Shown here: positions 13,236 through 25,652 of the stretch, in pieces | Layout: each line of letters opens with the position of its first letter | Position numbering within the stretch: the stretch's first letter is position 1 | Assembly: GCA_028534125.1 (NCBI GenBank) | Contig: CM052817.1 | Location: 9,612,001-9,676,000, forward strand | Direction: 5' to 3' | DNA from: Lama glama | Taxonomy: Eukaryota | Length of the DNA: 64,000 nt | The notes under the pieces: generated by a model | What the model saw: only the letters and a program-made list of their open reading frames with translations | Told to the model about the DNA's origin: nothing | Databases searched by the model: none | Translations under genes and position numbers: made by a program

Positions 13236-14280
13236 TGCTCCTCCAGAAGAGTGTTTCTTATTTCAGATCATTGCTCTCTAGCTTTTCTAAGTTCTTCCGA
13301 GAGTCCCCAGTCTTGGCTACCCAACCTCTTCCGCCATCTTCCTTTTCCGCAGCCACCAATTAAATGATTAGAAACCTTGACCTCTGTGCGTCTCTGTACC
13401 ATCCGCATAGACTAAGTCATCACCAGTACAACCTCCAGACTCAGGCCTTCCCCCTGGGGCTGGGGCTGACTCACGAAACTGCCCGCATGGTTTCCTAAGG
13501 CACTCTCTTAGTCACTTACCCACGTGTCTGTCTCCTGGGCTAACTACAAACTCCCTGAGGACAGAGATATTGATCTTCTAGACACTGCTGAATCCTCTGA
13601 AGTGGCACTTGGTACTTGATCATGAAAAAGAAATTATCTAATTAATTAATTGACTCACTAATTAATGGCATACTGGAGCACACCTAGGTTCTGAATTTGG
13701 CTATCATTTTTAGAGGGGGCCTAAAGTATGGCCTTGAATAGTTCTCAAACACTTTAAATAATAGAAAGAAAAATGAAAGCATTTTCAAACAATGCCTCTT
13801 CAAATCAAAGTCAAAAATATTGTGAATTTAGTTAGCACTGAAAACTCGCCAAGGCATGTCGTAACATTACTTTGTCTCCTAAACATACAACTTGTGGTTT
13901 GTGTCAATACCGGCAGGCTTCAATATGCTTGCTGCCAACTGGGACAGCAACATACTTTCCTGTTTACAATAATTTAGTCCGTGAGAACATTTACTGAGTC
14001 CTTTATTTGCATAACTTCAAAGGTGGCTGTTTGCTTAAGATTACACAGTATTAATAAGAACTTTAAATGGTAATTTAGTTTAATTGAAGTCAGATTCTCC
14101 TACAGGAAACAAAATCAAGTAACCTCTCAAAACAGACTGGCATCCTATTGACTTCAAATTTGCATTCACATTTTTGGTTTTCTAGTACTTCAGAAATATC
14201 GTAGCTATGAAACGAACTATACAATCATTAATTGTAGCACTATTAGTTTCTCTTTTTAATTTGCAAGCACACCTAAATAA

Positions 14281-14457
<177 letters not shown>

Positions 14458-15018
14458 TAGGCTTTTTTCAAAAACTGTTCTAGTGGGTTTTATCATGCAC
14501 AGAGGAAAACGTACAAAACATAGATGCAAGTTTCAAAATAATTTAAAAAAAATAATTACAAATGAATAACCATGTAGCCACTCCCCAAGTTAAGAACTAG
14601 AGCACTGCCAGTGTCTGAGCAGCCCCATGTCCTCCCCGCCAACTACACTCTCCTCCATCCCAGAAGTAAGCATTCTCTGGACTTCTGTGATCAGTGTTTT
14701 CCTCACCTTTATTTATAGCTTTGCCATCTCTGTATAATCCCTAAAAACATATAGTCTAGATTGCCTGTATCTGACTTGTCCATTAGTGCAAGTATATTGC
14801 ATGGATGGTTTAGTGAGTTTGTATGCTTCAGTGAATACACACGTTTCTTGTCTTCAGTACCGTTTGAGATTCATCCACTTTATGGCACATGGCTGTAGTT
14901 TATTTTCTTTGCCTTATAACACTTCATTACATGAATATAACAAAATTGGTCCATTTTACTGTTGAACATTTGAACTGATTCATTTATCAACAGCACAGAA
15001 GTGTTATAGACAGACTTC

Positions 15019-15647
15019 TGTTGCCGGTGGATGTAACCGGAGTCCAGGTTCTTGTCCCGTCCCAGAAAGAATTCAGAGACAAGACGCAGTGGTGAAGAAA
15101 GCAAAGTGGGGATTTATTAAGGGATGGATAGTACACTCTCAAGGGGAGGGAGGACAGGCTCAGGTGAGCGGCTGCCCTGAGTTTCTTTGGCAAGTTGTTT
15201 ACATAGAGTGTAAAAAATGAATGGGCGGAATATTCATTAGGGAGGGGTCACATTCCCTGATTTATCCCAACTCCACCTTCCCAAAGGGAGGAGGGATTCT
15301 TTCTTTATTTAGTCTGGATCAGAAGTGCCATGATGGGTACTTCCAATCTGCAAGGCTAATTTTATTGAAATAAGGGCATAATGAGCAAAAGGTTATATTC
15401 GGACACTGGAGTGTCCTGCCTTTTCCCACGTTTCTTTGTCAGCCTTCAGGACACTTGTCACCCAAAAGGTGTGACCGCTTATCAGCCCAGAGGTTCCTGC
15501 TTCTCCTTGTTTGCTCAGGGACCCCTGCTGCTTACATGACGCATGGTTTCCTGCATTTGGCCCGGGCCCCTCCTTTCTGCCCAGTTCCTGCCATTTGGCC
15601 TGTGTCCCCTTTTTCTGCTCATATGTAGATGTCTGCCTGCTCTAACA
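15019..15647 (-). mobile_element. Solo LTR, ERV1-like (629 bp)
   Basis: TGTT...AACA termini; 4-bp TSD CTTC at 15015-15018 and 15648-15651; AATAAA on the minus strand at 15113-15118. Confidence 0.88.
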
Positions 15648-16104
15648 CTTCTAGAGACATGTTTATACATGTCTTTTAGGGTACACGTATCTATGAAATT
15701 CAGAAATACACCTGGACGTGGAATCGTCGAGTCTTGGTGGATACGCTTCTCCAAATACTTACATGCTGATTGCACACACTTTCCCAGGGCGACTGTGCTG
15801 ACTCGCACTTTGACCAGCGCTCCCTGGGTCTGTGTCAGCTGCGTCACCCACATCCCTGGTCTTGTCTAGCATAACATTGTGCCAATCTGATGACCTGTTT
15901 TAAACTGTATTTCCCGTGCATGAAATGGCCGCTTTGAATTCCTCTTTTATGAGGTGTCTGCTGAAGGCTTTTGCCGATTTTTGAACTGAATTGTTTGTCT
16001 TTTTATCTTTTCTATAATTTGTGGGAGTTTGGTGTATATCCTGGAGGTTGGACCCCTGTCAGTGACATGTGTAGCAGAAGCTTCTGTGGTTGTCTTTTTA
16101 GTAG

Positions 16105-16210
16105 TTTGCTGTTTTGTTTGGTTTGGTTTGGTGGAGAGAGGTACTGGGAATTAAATGCAGGACCCCGTGCATGTAGGCACACACTCTACCACTGAGCTGT
16201 ACTCTTCCCC
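16105..16210 (-). mobile_element. tRNA-Ala-derived SINE (more diverged copy)
   Basis: gaggtactgggaattaaatgcaggaccccgtgcatgtaggcacacactctaccactgagctgtactcttcccc. Confidence 0.85.
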
Positions 16211-18009
16211 ATTGTTGCTTTTTGAAGAATAGTAATTCTCAATTTTAAAGAAATAGAAGGTTTTCGTCTTTTATGATGGTGCTTCTTGTATGTTGCTGGA
16301 GAATCCTTCCCCTGAGTCAAGCAGACATACTAGTATACTGTCTCCTATAATCTTTATAGTTTTATCTGTCAAATTCATCTTTAATCCATTTGGATTTGAT
16401 CTTCACGTACGGTGTGGAGAAAGTATGCTTTGAGAGTCTGTATGCTGCCTAACCGGCTAGACTCCCATACGTGATTAAGAGCACAGTTCTCCCAGCAAAA
16501 CCGTGCTCTGCAAACTAACTCAAGAGCATCTCTGGTGCGGGTCTGGTCCCTCCCTGTCTGTTTCATCTGAATAAGCGTGGTGCCCGGACAGCTACCTGAA
16601 AGTGCCAAATGCGGGCAACCATCTGATACTTTGCTTTGAAAACAGTCAGGCTTTAGCCAAAGATAGCCGCAAATTGTGATTTTTGGGGATTGCAATTATC
16701 ATAAAACTGAGAAAACATTCTACAGCTTCCAGAACAAATACAAGACTCTATTTTCCGAGGGAGGGGCCTTGCCACCATGGGCTATCTGATCCCAGATGGT
16801 GCACCTGCTGCTTAGTGTCTGCCCAATTAACAAAAAGCATGTAGTATAAAATAACAACAAATTCAAACAGTCTGCCCACAGAAACCATGGATGTCCCCTA
16901 GAAATTCCAGTGTGTTTCGGCTTCCAGATTCCATCTTCCAGGCCACCCCTCCCATCCAGAAGCAGAACATGAATACTTACGAGATTGTTTTCACCTTCCT
17001 TACTTAAGTTTAGGATAAACAAAAATTTATAGAAAATTTACCTTTAAAGTCCCCTCTAGGTTGCAAACTCCTTTTTTGTGATACTTCCCATCACTTCGCC
17101 CCATAAGTAGCTGTCTCCTGAATTCTTGTGGAGGGCCTTTTTTTCACACTCTTGATTCATCCAACTACCTTATTATATGGCATAATTTTTTTTCTGCAAA
17201 AATATTTAAATTTCAACTAGCTTATTCATGCCTCTGATTAACAAGGAGAAAAGCAGATGGTTCCCTATATATCAGAACCTAATTTGGAGGCCAGATTTCC
17301 CTGATGTTTATACATTTCATGTGCCACTGTGTTTCCAAAATGATTCTTCAGAAACCTAGAGATCTTTAAGAGTCTTTCCCTGGGGGGCTGTTAATTGCTA
17401 ACCCACCAGGTCACACATGTACAGAAGCAAACAATGGTCAGCTCTGGGCACTTGACAAAGTTTCTCTAAAGAAGAGGAGGAACGTCAGGGGCGTAGAGCC
17501 TGTGGGCCAGACCACACTGATTGCATTAGGAGATCAGCACAGAGGATGGGTTGGAACACCTCTGACGCTCCAGGTGAGATGTGCTGGGTACCACGCTTGC
17601 CCTCTGTACTCCTGGGGAGTCACTCTGCCCATCAACATATAAAAGGCTCTGCAAAGCCCTTTAAAAGCAACAGGGAAACCCATATTTGTTCAGCCTCGTG
17701 TTGATTTGGCCACAGCACCTTTTTTTGTAGGGCATCTCACAGGACCAACATTTCTACAGAACACACTGTGGGAGATGCTGCTTTGGGTTGGGCTGAACTC
17801 TCCATGGACTGTCAGCAGAATCAACAAAGAAAAACTCAAATCATCAATCCAAAGTCAAAAAAAGTGGTTTCAGGGACTCAGTAGCGACATAATGAAGTGG
17901 TTCCTCAGGGACTTGAAGACTTGACAAAATAACTCCCATGAAACTGCTACCCCTGCGGGCTGAGAATTCACTGTGTCAGTGTGCCGTCTGGATGTTTAAC
18001 TCAGCGCAG

Positions 18010-18235
18010 CATTGTTGCTTAGTGGTAAATAGACTAGGCTCGTATTCCAGCTCTTCCACTCACCTACTGTGTGATCTTGGGCAAGTTACTTAACCTCTCT
18101 GTGCCGCAGTCGCCTCATGTATAAAATGCTGATGGTAATAGTACCTGCCGCACGGGGCTGTGCGCTAACCTGTGCAAAGCTTTTAGGAGAGCACCTGCCA
18201 CAGAGCAAGCCCACACAGGTACCTGCTGTTACTAT
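18010..18235 (+). mobile_element. MIR SINE
   Basis: tgtgtgatcttgggcaagttacttaacctctctgtgcc core. Confidence 0.85.
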
Positions 18236-18289
18236 TACTCTATCCCTTCATTTCAAGAAAGAATAAAGGCTCCGTAAATTATTTTACAG

Positions 18290-18446
18290 GGAGAAAGTTG
18301 ACCAGAAAGCAGATGAAGAAGCATATGAAGCAGAAATTCAAGCCGAGATAAGGGAATTGTTGGAAGAGCACACGGAAGATTACGAACAGAAGATGGAGGA
18401 ATACAGAACCGCGCATCAGCAGTGGAAAGCCTGGAAGAAAGCTCAA
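18290..18446 (+). CDS. CC2D2A: CC2D2A coding exon (157 nt), coiled-coil region
   Basis: ttttacag|GGAGAA...GCTCAA|gtctgt; [52 protein letters not shown]; donor is weak but gives the right phase. Confidence 0.93.
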
Positions 18447-18974
18447 GTCTGTAAACAGTCCCTCAGCTTTGAACAGAGCTGCCCCTGGGGACAGAAGGGA
18501 CTGGGAGGGTGCCCCTTTAGACGGGAGGAGGGAAACTGAGCAGCAGGCTGGGATCCCCCACTGGCTCTGCTCTGTCTCCCTCCTGGCCCCCTCACTAGGG
18601 GATGAAAGGATGAGAGAATGCACTTGTTTCAAAAGCCACCCAGCCAGCTGGTACCAGAGCCAGCTCTCTCCTAAGCCAGTTCTCTGCATCATTCTGTGGC
18701 TGAGGGAGCAAACAAGTAACAAGGTAATAACTGCTCAGATATGTGTCAAGCGCTGTGCTAAGTACTGTATATGCCTGACCCTATTGGCTGTAGGGTATTG
18801 ATGCTTCTGGTTTCCCTTAGAAAATTATACAGCTTTGTACACATGACCGTGCAAAACGTAACCCAGTGGCAGTAAGCAATAGATCAGGGTGAACGTCAGT
18901 GTCTGTTGTGCTCACAAGCCTTACTTTAATTTCAGGATGTGTCCTTGGTCTTCAGAGCTGATACGAATGATCAC

Positions 18975-19215
18975 TAAATAGCTGACATTTTTAAAACTCT
19001 TTCTAGGGGCCAGGCACTGTGATAAGTGCTTTACAGGCATTACTTCATTTCAACAGCCCTGGGAAAAAAATTTCCTGTGGTTGTCCCCACTTTGTAGATG
19101 AGAAAACTGAGGCATGGAAAGGTTGAATGGCTTAGAGAGCTGCCTGAGTGCACATGGCTGGTTGAGGTGGAGCTGGGTTTACATTCAGGTCTAGTAGATT
19201 CTGAAGACCGTGCTT
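18975..19215 (-). mobile_element. MIR SINE
   Basis: cccactttgtagatgagaaaactgaggcatggaaaggttgaatggctt. Confidence 0.8.
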
Positions 19216-19269
19216 TTCAAAGAAACGCCAGAATTCCTGTTTGACATAAGGCTGCCTCTTACCCAACAG

Positions 19270-19508
19270 AGGGCCAAGAAGAAGAAAAAGAAACAAGCAG
19301 TTGAGGAACATCCCGATGAGGAGATGGAGGAGCCAGATCCCGGGGAGACTCCTGTGAAACCTCTCCCTCCAGAGCCCACGGATCGGGCTGCCATAGAGCA
19401 GCAGGTGAGGGAGAGAGCCGCCCGGAGCCGGAGGAGGCCCGGGGAGCCCACGCTGGTCCCGGAGTTGAGCCTGGCGGGGAGCGTGACGCCCAACGACCAG
19501 TGCCCCAG
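19270..19508 (+). CDS. CC2D2A: CC2D2A coding exon (239 nt)
   Basis: cccaacag|AGGGCC...CCCCAG|gtgagc; [18 protein letters not shown]...[16 protein letters not shown](R). Confidence 0.96.
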
Positions 19509-20199
19509 GTGAGCAGATGCTCCGACCTTAAATGAGGTTGACGTGTGACGCACACGCCATACGGAGCGCATGGTGTCTCCTGACTGATGTGGGATGGTCG
19601 GAGAATCCTGCATTCTCTGTAGATATGGATTAGGTTGGACCTTATGAAATTGTTGGTATTTGTCCAGATTATGGTGATTTCATGTAGTTCACCTACCCAA
19701 TGCCTCCCCACTGGCCACTCAGGAGCGCAGTACCCGAAGCTGCCTGTAGGAGGTGCTCTGCACAGTGCCTGCCAGAATGGCTTCTGACTTGGAGCCTTTA
19801 TCTGCAACCTCTGTGTGGCTGTTCTGCCTCCTGCTGGCACGTGCGCCCTCCGCGAACAGACACCCAGGGCTCTCCAGCAGCAACACAGGCCAGCTTCTTC
19901 TCTCTCTGAGGGCCTTGGAGAGCCTCCCAAAGGGACTGTAGGTACTGTGATTGAGCTAGGCCATCTGAAGCGGTCCTGTCCAGATTTGGTAGAAATTCAT
20001 TTCTAGTCATTCATATGTGACGTCTAAGAGCTATCTAGCATATGTAAATCTATACACATAGTAAGTTCATAAACACATGTGTATGTTCATCCTCTTTTTA
20101 AAAATTTATAGTTTAATAAAAATATTTTTATTTTTTTATGGTGAAATACATAATAAAAAGGTTTTTAAATTTCCCATGTATTTCCTCCCTACACACTAC

Positions 20200-20375
20200 A
20201 GAGATGGCTCTCAAAGTGTAACCCCAGAAGCAGCAGCGTTAGCAGCGCTGGAGAACGTGTTAGGAATGCAGATCCCCAGGTTCCGCTGAGACCTGCTGGA
20301 TCAGAAGTCCTAGTGTAGGGGCCAGAAAACTGTGTTTTCATAAGGTTGCCAGTTGATTCTGATGCATGTGAAAGC
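20200..20375. mobile_element. MER5-type DNA transposon remnant
   Basis: tctcaaagtgt...gttaggaatgcagat...tgtgttttcataag...tgattctgatgca. Confidence 0.75.
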
Positions 20376-21630
20376 ATACTGATATCTATTAATGGAAATC
20401 CACTGAAATAATCGATACCACCAGAGACCAGGCTCAGTGCTCCAGTAACAGAGGACCTGTCCTGGACACAGGGAGCACCTCAGACTGGAATCGTCAGTAT
20501 TCCACTGTAGAAAGTGAGCCTTCAGCTGAGTCAGCGAGCCTCAGCGATAACTAGGATTCAGGAATTAACTAGGATGTCATTTTAAGGCTCCCATAACCTT
20601 CTTAGTTTCAAGCTTCTGTTAACATGCTAGTAACTTACTCTTAAATTGTGGCTTCTTGTGCATTTTCATGTGTCCCCTCAACTTCACAGCATTCAGATGC
20701 TATATATAAACTATTCCCCAGCACTCAATTAGCTACTTTCAAGCCACAAATACTACACCATCTAACTAGACTGTGTGATTACACGCATGCTTTTTAAAGG
20801 GAAAACTTAGGTTTGGCTTGACAGTCTTTTATGGTGAGTCCCATTTTGACCGAGAAGGTGTACCTCAGTCTGAAGTTCCTGAATTTTCACTGGGTTTGGG
20901 GACTATAAATCAGGTTACCCCAAGCCAATGATTATAATCCACCCTCTTCATCAGATCGTCAGGTAAGGGGGCCACACAGAAAAAGGGGGTGTTTAGGTTT
21001 GATTGTAGCATGAAGTTACTGGGAATAAGGCTTAAAACAACTCTGAGTAGAGTGTGTGAGTGTCTTGGAAACTTGTTGAGATTGACGTTAAATGTCTTTC
21101 ATAGAAAAAAAAAATACTCAAATCATTTGAGCAATGTCATGTCTAGGATGGGCCTAAATTGCAGAGACGTAAACAGTTACAAGAACCACCCAATTTAAGG
21201 AGTACAGGATTTCTATTTGGAATGATGGAAACATTCTAGAGGAAGGTAGTGGTGATGGTTGCACAACACCGTGAATGTGCTTAATGCCACTGGATGGGAT
21301 GCTTAAAAAAGCTTAAACGATAAACATTATGTTGTGTAAATGTCATCGTAATATATAAAAAAAAAAAGCTACCACCCCCAAAAGCCTGAGTGGGTTTTGG
21401 ATTTTTATGCTCTAACTTTTTCGTTTCCTTAACAAGCTTGAGTTGCTGTTGATTTAAGCAGTAACTGGTGTTTTGCGTGGGCATCTCTGCAAATATCTAC
21501 AATGAAATTAAAGACCGCTCTTGAAGGTTTTGATTTTTTTTAACTTCCTGGCTATAAGAATGATATGCTTGCCAGGATACCGTCTAACTTCTATTGGGGC
21601 TCAAGTGACTTTTAAAAACAAGGAAAATTT

Positions 21631-21745
21631 GGGAGGAGGGTATAGCTCAGTGGTAGAGCACATGCTTAGTATGCATGAGGTCCTGGGTTCAATTCCCACT
21701 ACCTCCATCAAAAATAACTAAACAAATAATTATCTCCCCCCAAAT
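21631..21745 (+). mobile_element. tRNA-Ala-derived SINE (vic-1-like)
   Basis: GGGTATAGCTCAGTGGTAGAGCACATGCTTAGTATGCATGAGGTCCTGGGTTCAATTCCC; ttaaaaacaa repeated on both sides. Confidence 0.92.
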
Positions 21746-22110
21746 TAAAAACAAATGGAATCAAAAATAAGCCAGTGAGCAGTGACTCACCATCGGAAAG
21801 TGTTCAGAAAAAGCTCAAGTCTTGGGAAAGGAGCCTTGACCCAACTGCTGCAACGCGCTGTTGTATTTTTAGGATAAAGCACCCTATGCAAACGTAAGTC
21901 ACTGCCAGCCTTAGAGTCTGGATTCACTCCATTTAACAAATAATGTAATTCTGTTTACTTAAAACGTTGGGATGCAAACCTAAGGCTTGTTTGAACAAAA
22001 CGAAGGAGGCTGTAGCACAGTGATGCTCGAGCCACAGTTCTAAATCCCTGGGGCCCTGCCAGGGCCTCTTTTCTCACATCACAGTGTACTATCCTCTCTC
22101 CCCACCTCCC

Positions 22111-22240
22111 CTTTTTTTGGTGGCAGGGGAGGCAGTTAGGTTTACTTATTTCTTTACTTTTAGAGGAGGGACTGGGGATTGAACCTGGGACCTTGGGTAT
22201 GCAAAGCATGTGCTTTACCCCTTGAGCTACGCCCTCCCCC
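22111..22240 (-). mobile_element. tRNA-Ala-derived SINE (vic-1-like)
   Basis: actggggattgaacctgggaccttgggtatgcaaagcatgtgctttaccccttgagctacgccctcccc; tcacaRtgtact repeated on the flanks. Confidence 0.9.
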
Positions 22241-22427
22241 TTGGATCACAATGTACTGTTGTATTAAGTTCTGCAAGACCCGTGACTGTCTTGGTTCAAT
22301 GGAGGCTAAAGTGACTGGCAGGGTCTCCACCCATGTTCCTTATTCTGTTCAGTGCCTATTTGTCAAACTCTCACTTAACCTTGGTGCATGAATACTCACC
22401 CCACCCGTGGACCGTCTCACTTTGCAG

Positions 22428-22605
22428 GGGGGAGGTCTTGCGAAGGGAAGACGTCAAGAGGCGCTCGTTGTATTTGAAGGTGATCTTCAACGACAAGGAA
22501 GTGTCCAGGACTGACAGTCGGCCGCTCGGGGCAGACTTCCGTGTTCACTTTGGACAGATTTTCAATTTGCAAATAGTCAACTGGCCCGAGAGTTTAACAC
22601 TGCAG
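22428..22605 (+). CDS. CC2D2A: CC2D2A coding exon (178 nt), N-terminal C2-like domain
   Basis: ctttgcag|GGGGGA...CTGCAG|gtacgt; [59 protein letters not shown]. Confidence 0.96.
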
Positions 22606-23042
22606 GTACGTATTTTAATTATAGTCATTGTCCTAAGAAGTTTTGGTCATCACAGATGTGAGGTGGTTTTAAGTCGTTTATTGGCTATGCTGGTGTCCTG
22701 ATAGGTTCTCAAGGGACACCGAAGGTCAGTTTCCTCCTGGGCGTATCTTAAGGTCTTGGCAGGAGAGATCTGTTACCCACTCAGTACTGAAAGTGCTGGC
22801 AGAGTAGCTGCCACGGTGTGCAAGTGTATGTCTGTCTGGAGATGAGGGGGGGGTAGAGGGGTCTCTGACTCATTCATGGGGGAATTTCAACATTACGCTG
22901 TACCAAGACCCTAGCATAATATTCCAGAGAAATCAGTTTCCATAATCACAGCTGGGTATGACAGGAATTGGCAGGTACAGGTGCCAGGATCACCCCAAAT
23001 AAATAAAACTCCCTACTAGCCTAAATCCCACTTATTTGTGTC

Positions 23043-23458
23043 TGTTTTAGTTTCCTAAGGCTGCCGTAACCAAGCACCACCAACTTGGTGCCTTAAACAG
23101 CAGGCATTTATCCTCTCACGGTTCTGGAGGCCCTGAAGTCTGAAATCAAGGTGCCACTGGGCCATGCTTCCTCCAAAACCTGCAGAGAAGCACCCTTCCT
23201 GCCTCTTCAGCTCCTGGTGGCCCCAGGCATTCCTTGGCTTGTGATAGCATCACTGCCATCTCTGCCCCATCTCCATCTGGCCTTCCTGTGTCTCTGTGTG
23301 TCCTTTTTTGTCTCTTACAAGGACATTCTCAGTGAACTTAGGGACCCCCCCCCACTCATCTCCATTTTGATACCTGGGAAGCCTCAATCTCCAAGTGAGG
23401 TCACGTTTCCTAGTTCCCGGTGCACGTGAATTTTCAGAGGACACTCTTCAAATCAACA
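23043..23458 (-). mobile_element. MaLR (MLT1-type) solo LTR
   Basis: TG...CA termini; 5-bp TSD gtgtc/gcgtc; tttatcctctcacggttctggaggc...gaagtctgaaatcaaggtg. Confidence 0.88.
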
Positions 23459-25552
23459 GCGTCTTAGACTTGCTGTTCTTATGGTGAAAACTCTCTTAAG
23501 ATGTTGACAGATTCTCTTCCATGACACTAATAGGCACGCTAATTAGACTTGCAAATACGTGGTGCACGTGCCTCTGTTTGCCACCCACCACCCACGCGGA
23601 AATCACTAATCCCCATCCACCGCTTGTGCAGAAACTTCTCATTCTCATCCACCACCCTTGCTGGAAATGACAACTGATCATGCCTCTTGTCCCCCACTGA
23701 GCCTAGATGTAGGTAACTTCAGAGCCCCTCTCACACTGTGGTCCAGGCTGCCACTACCTCGTGATTGTAACTGACATTGTCTGCAGATACAATTACAGCT
23801 GTATAATTATTAAAATATTTACACACTTCTCTACTGAATGGCAAATGGTTGCCATCCTGGAGCCCCAAATTGCCACCCTGGCCACATAGACCCCACTTCC
23901 AAGACCCGCTGGACCTTCCCACAATGAACCAGTTAAAGGGAGTGTCTAAACAAGGTTAACGCCTCCAGGACCCTGTTCCCTCGTATGACTGAGCTCTTCT
24001 GACTGGTTAGCACTGGGCTGTGAGTACTGGTCAACATTTTGAATCTCAACTCCTGTGTAGACCTAGGTAGCTGACCTTCTAAAACTGGTAGAGGAAGTCT
24101 GAGACAGGCTAAGATACGGGGCTCCTTTGACAGTAGAAATGCTCAGAACCAAGTTGGGATGCCAGGAAGTGGGATGGGACCGAAAGGGTCAGCCCTGAGC
24201 ACCCAACGTCGCCCCCTGGCGTTGGGACTTTCCAGGGACTGAGGCTACTTTGTCCTACCCCTGTCCACCCCTGATCGGGAGGTGGTGAGGGCAGAGGGCA
24301 ACCCTCATAGCACAGCGCCAGGCATCATGGCTCAAGCCAAAGTCCTTTGCTGTGCTGGTGACAGCTCTGATATCCACAAAAAGGGAAAATGTTTTCCTTG
24401 AAAAACAGAGCTAGGCTTAGTCCAGCCACTCATATGCTTTAAAACCTCATCGAATTTTTAAGAAATGTCTGTGTATGCTAGAACTTGAGAAAAACAGAAC
24501 ATATTTTGCTGCTCAGCTTAATATGGGTGAGAGGAGAAAGCAAGGGCAGTTTGTTAAGGTAAAGAATGGTATGAGAAAAGGGATTGAAGTTCTGCTGAAA
24601 AGCCTGAGAATTCCCTCTGAATATCACCCATGAGAAGATGATCTCTATACATTCTTGCATGCTCCCCCCTTGATTTATAACCCTGTGTGGATACAGAGAG
24701 TGAAGTGGGGTGACTGTGGCTAAAGCTGAGAGCGGGAGCCGCCTCGCTCTGCACGGGGAAGGGGAGCTGGGACGCCCAGGTGAGTTGCAGTGGGCTTACT
24801 CGGTACCTGCTCTAAGTGCCAGGTCCACACCGACTGTCCATCCCGTCTCCTCCAGAGGCCCTGCGGTGCCTGACTGCCCAGACCACGTGGAGGATTCCTC
24901 TCCCACTGTCCTTTCAGCCAGGCTGTGTCTGAGGGGCTCTGGGATCCAGCTGACTGCGTTTCATCCCCTCACCTCTCCCTGTGATATGCACCATTATTTG
25001 TGTCACTTAACCACCATGCATCATGGACCAAAAGACACAATCCCATTTCAGATATGTTCAAATTAGAAAATCTAGTATTCTCCATACCACGAACACCTGG
25101 CCATTCTTAGCCAGAGATTCCAGCAGTGAGGAGCTGGAGGGTAGTGTGCTTCTGTTTGGATGATGAGGGGCTATGGAACATTTAAAATCTGAACACCTTT
25201 GGGAGAAAGGTCGCACTCTGCTGGTCCCAAAGCACCCCACTCCCCTCCCCATCACGAACCCTCCCACCCCGGCCCCGCACACATGCACTTAATCTACAGT
25301 TTAAAGTAAGACTTGCTGCACATGGAAAACTGTCCAAATTAAGAATAAAACTTGATGGAGAAAGTAAATAAACACAAACTCCAGAAGCCAGCGCAGGGCG
25401 TTCCTGTTGCCTGCTCTTAACAGGGAGGGATTGCGGGGGCCCAGGGTGAGTCTCACCCATTGCGCACCACAGAAATGCAATGATTTCAGCTACTCAGAGT
25501 TTGCCCCCTCCTTCGAGGTTCATCCTTAACTCCTCCTCCCCTCCTCCCCCGC

Positions 25553-25652
25553 NNNNNNNNNNNNNNNNNNNNNNNNNNNNNNNNNNNNNNNNNNNNNNNN
25601 NNNNNNNNNNNNNNNNNNNNNNNNNNNNNNNNNNNNNNNNNNNNNNNNNNNN
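25553..25652. other. Assembly gap (100 N) flanked by C-rich/poly-C sequence
   Basis: Run of 100 N; C19 at 25653-25671. Confidence 1.

Larger units (their letters stand above)
14490..16450 (-). mobile_element. Old degraded L1M fragment hosting the LTR and a SINE
   Basis: tttgagattcatcca..., tttgccgatttttgaactgaattgtttgtcttttt, ttaatccatttggatttgat are typical antisense L1 3' sequence. Confidence 0.65.

Noticed and set aside
21631..21710. tRNA-Ala gene-like sequence (also at the other SINE heads)
   Set aside because: Multiple diverged copies with extended 5' G-runs, AT-rich tails and TSDs; these are SINEs, not tRNA genes
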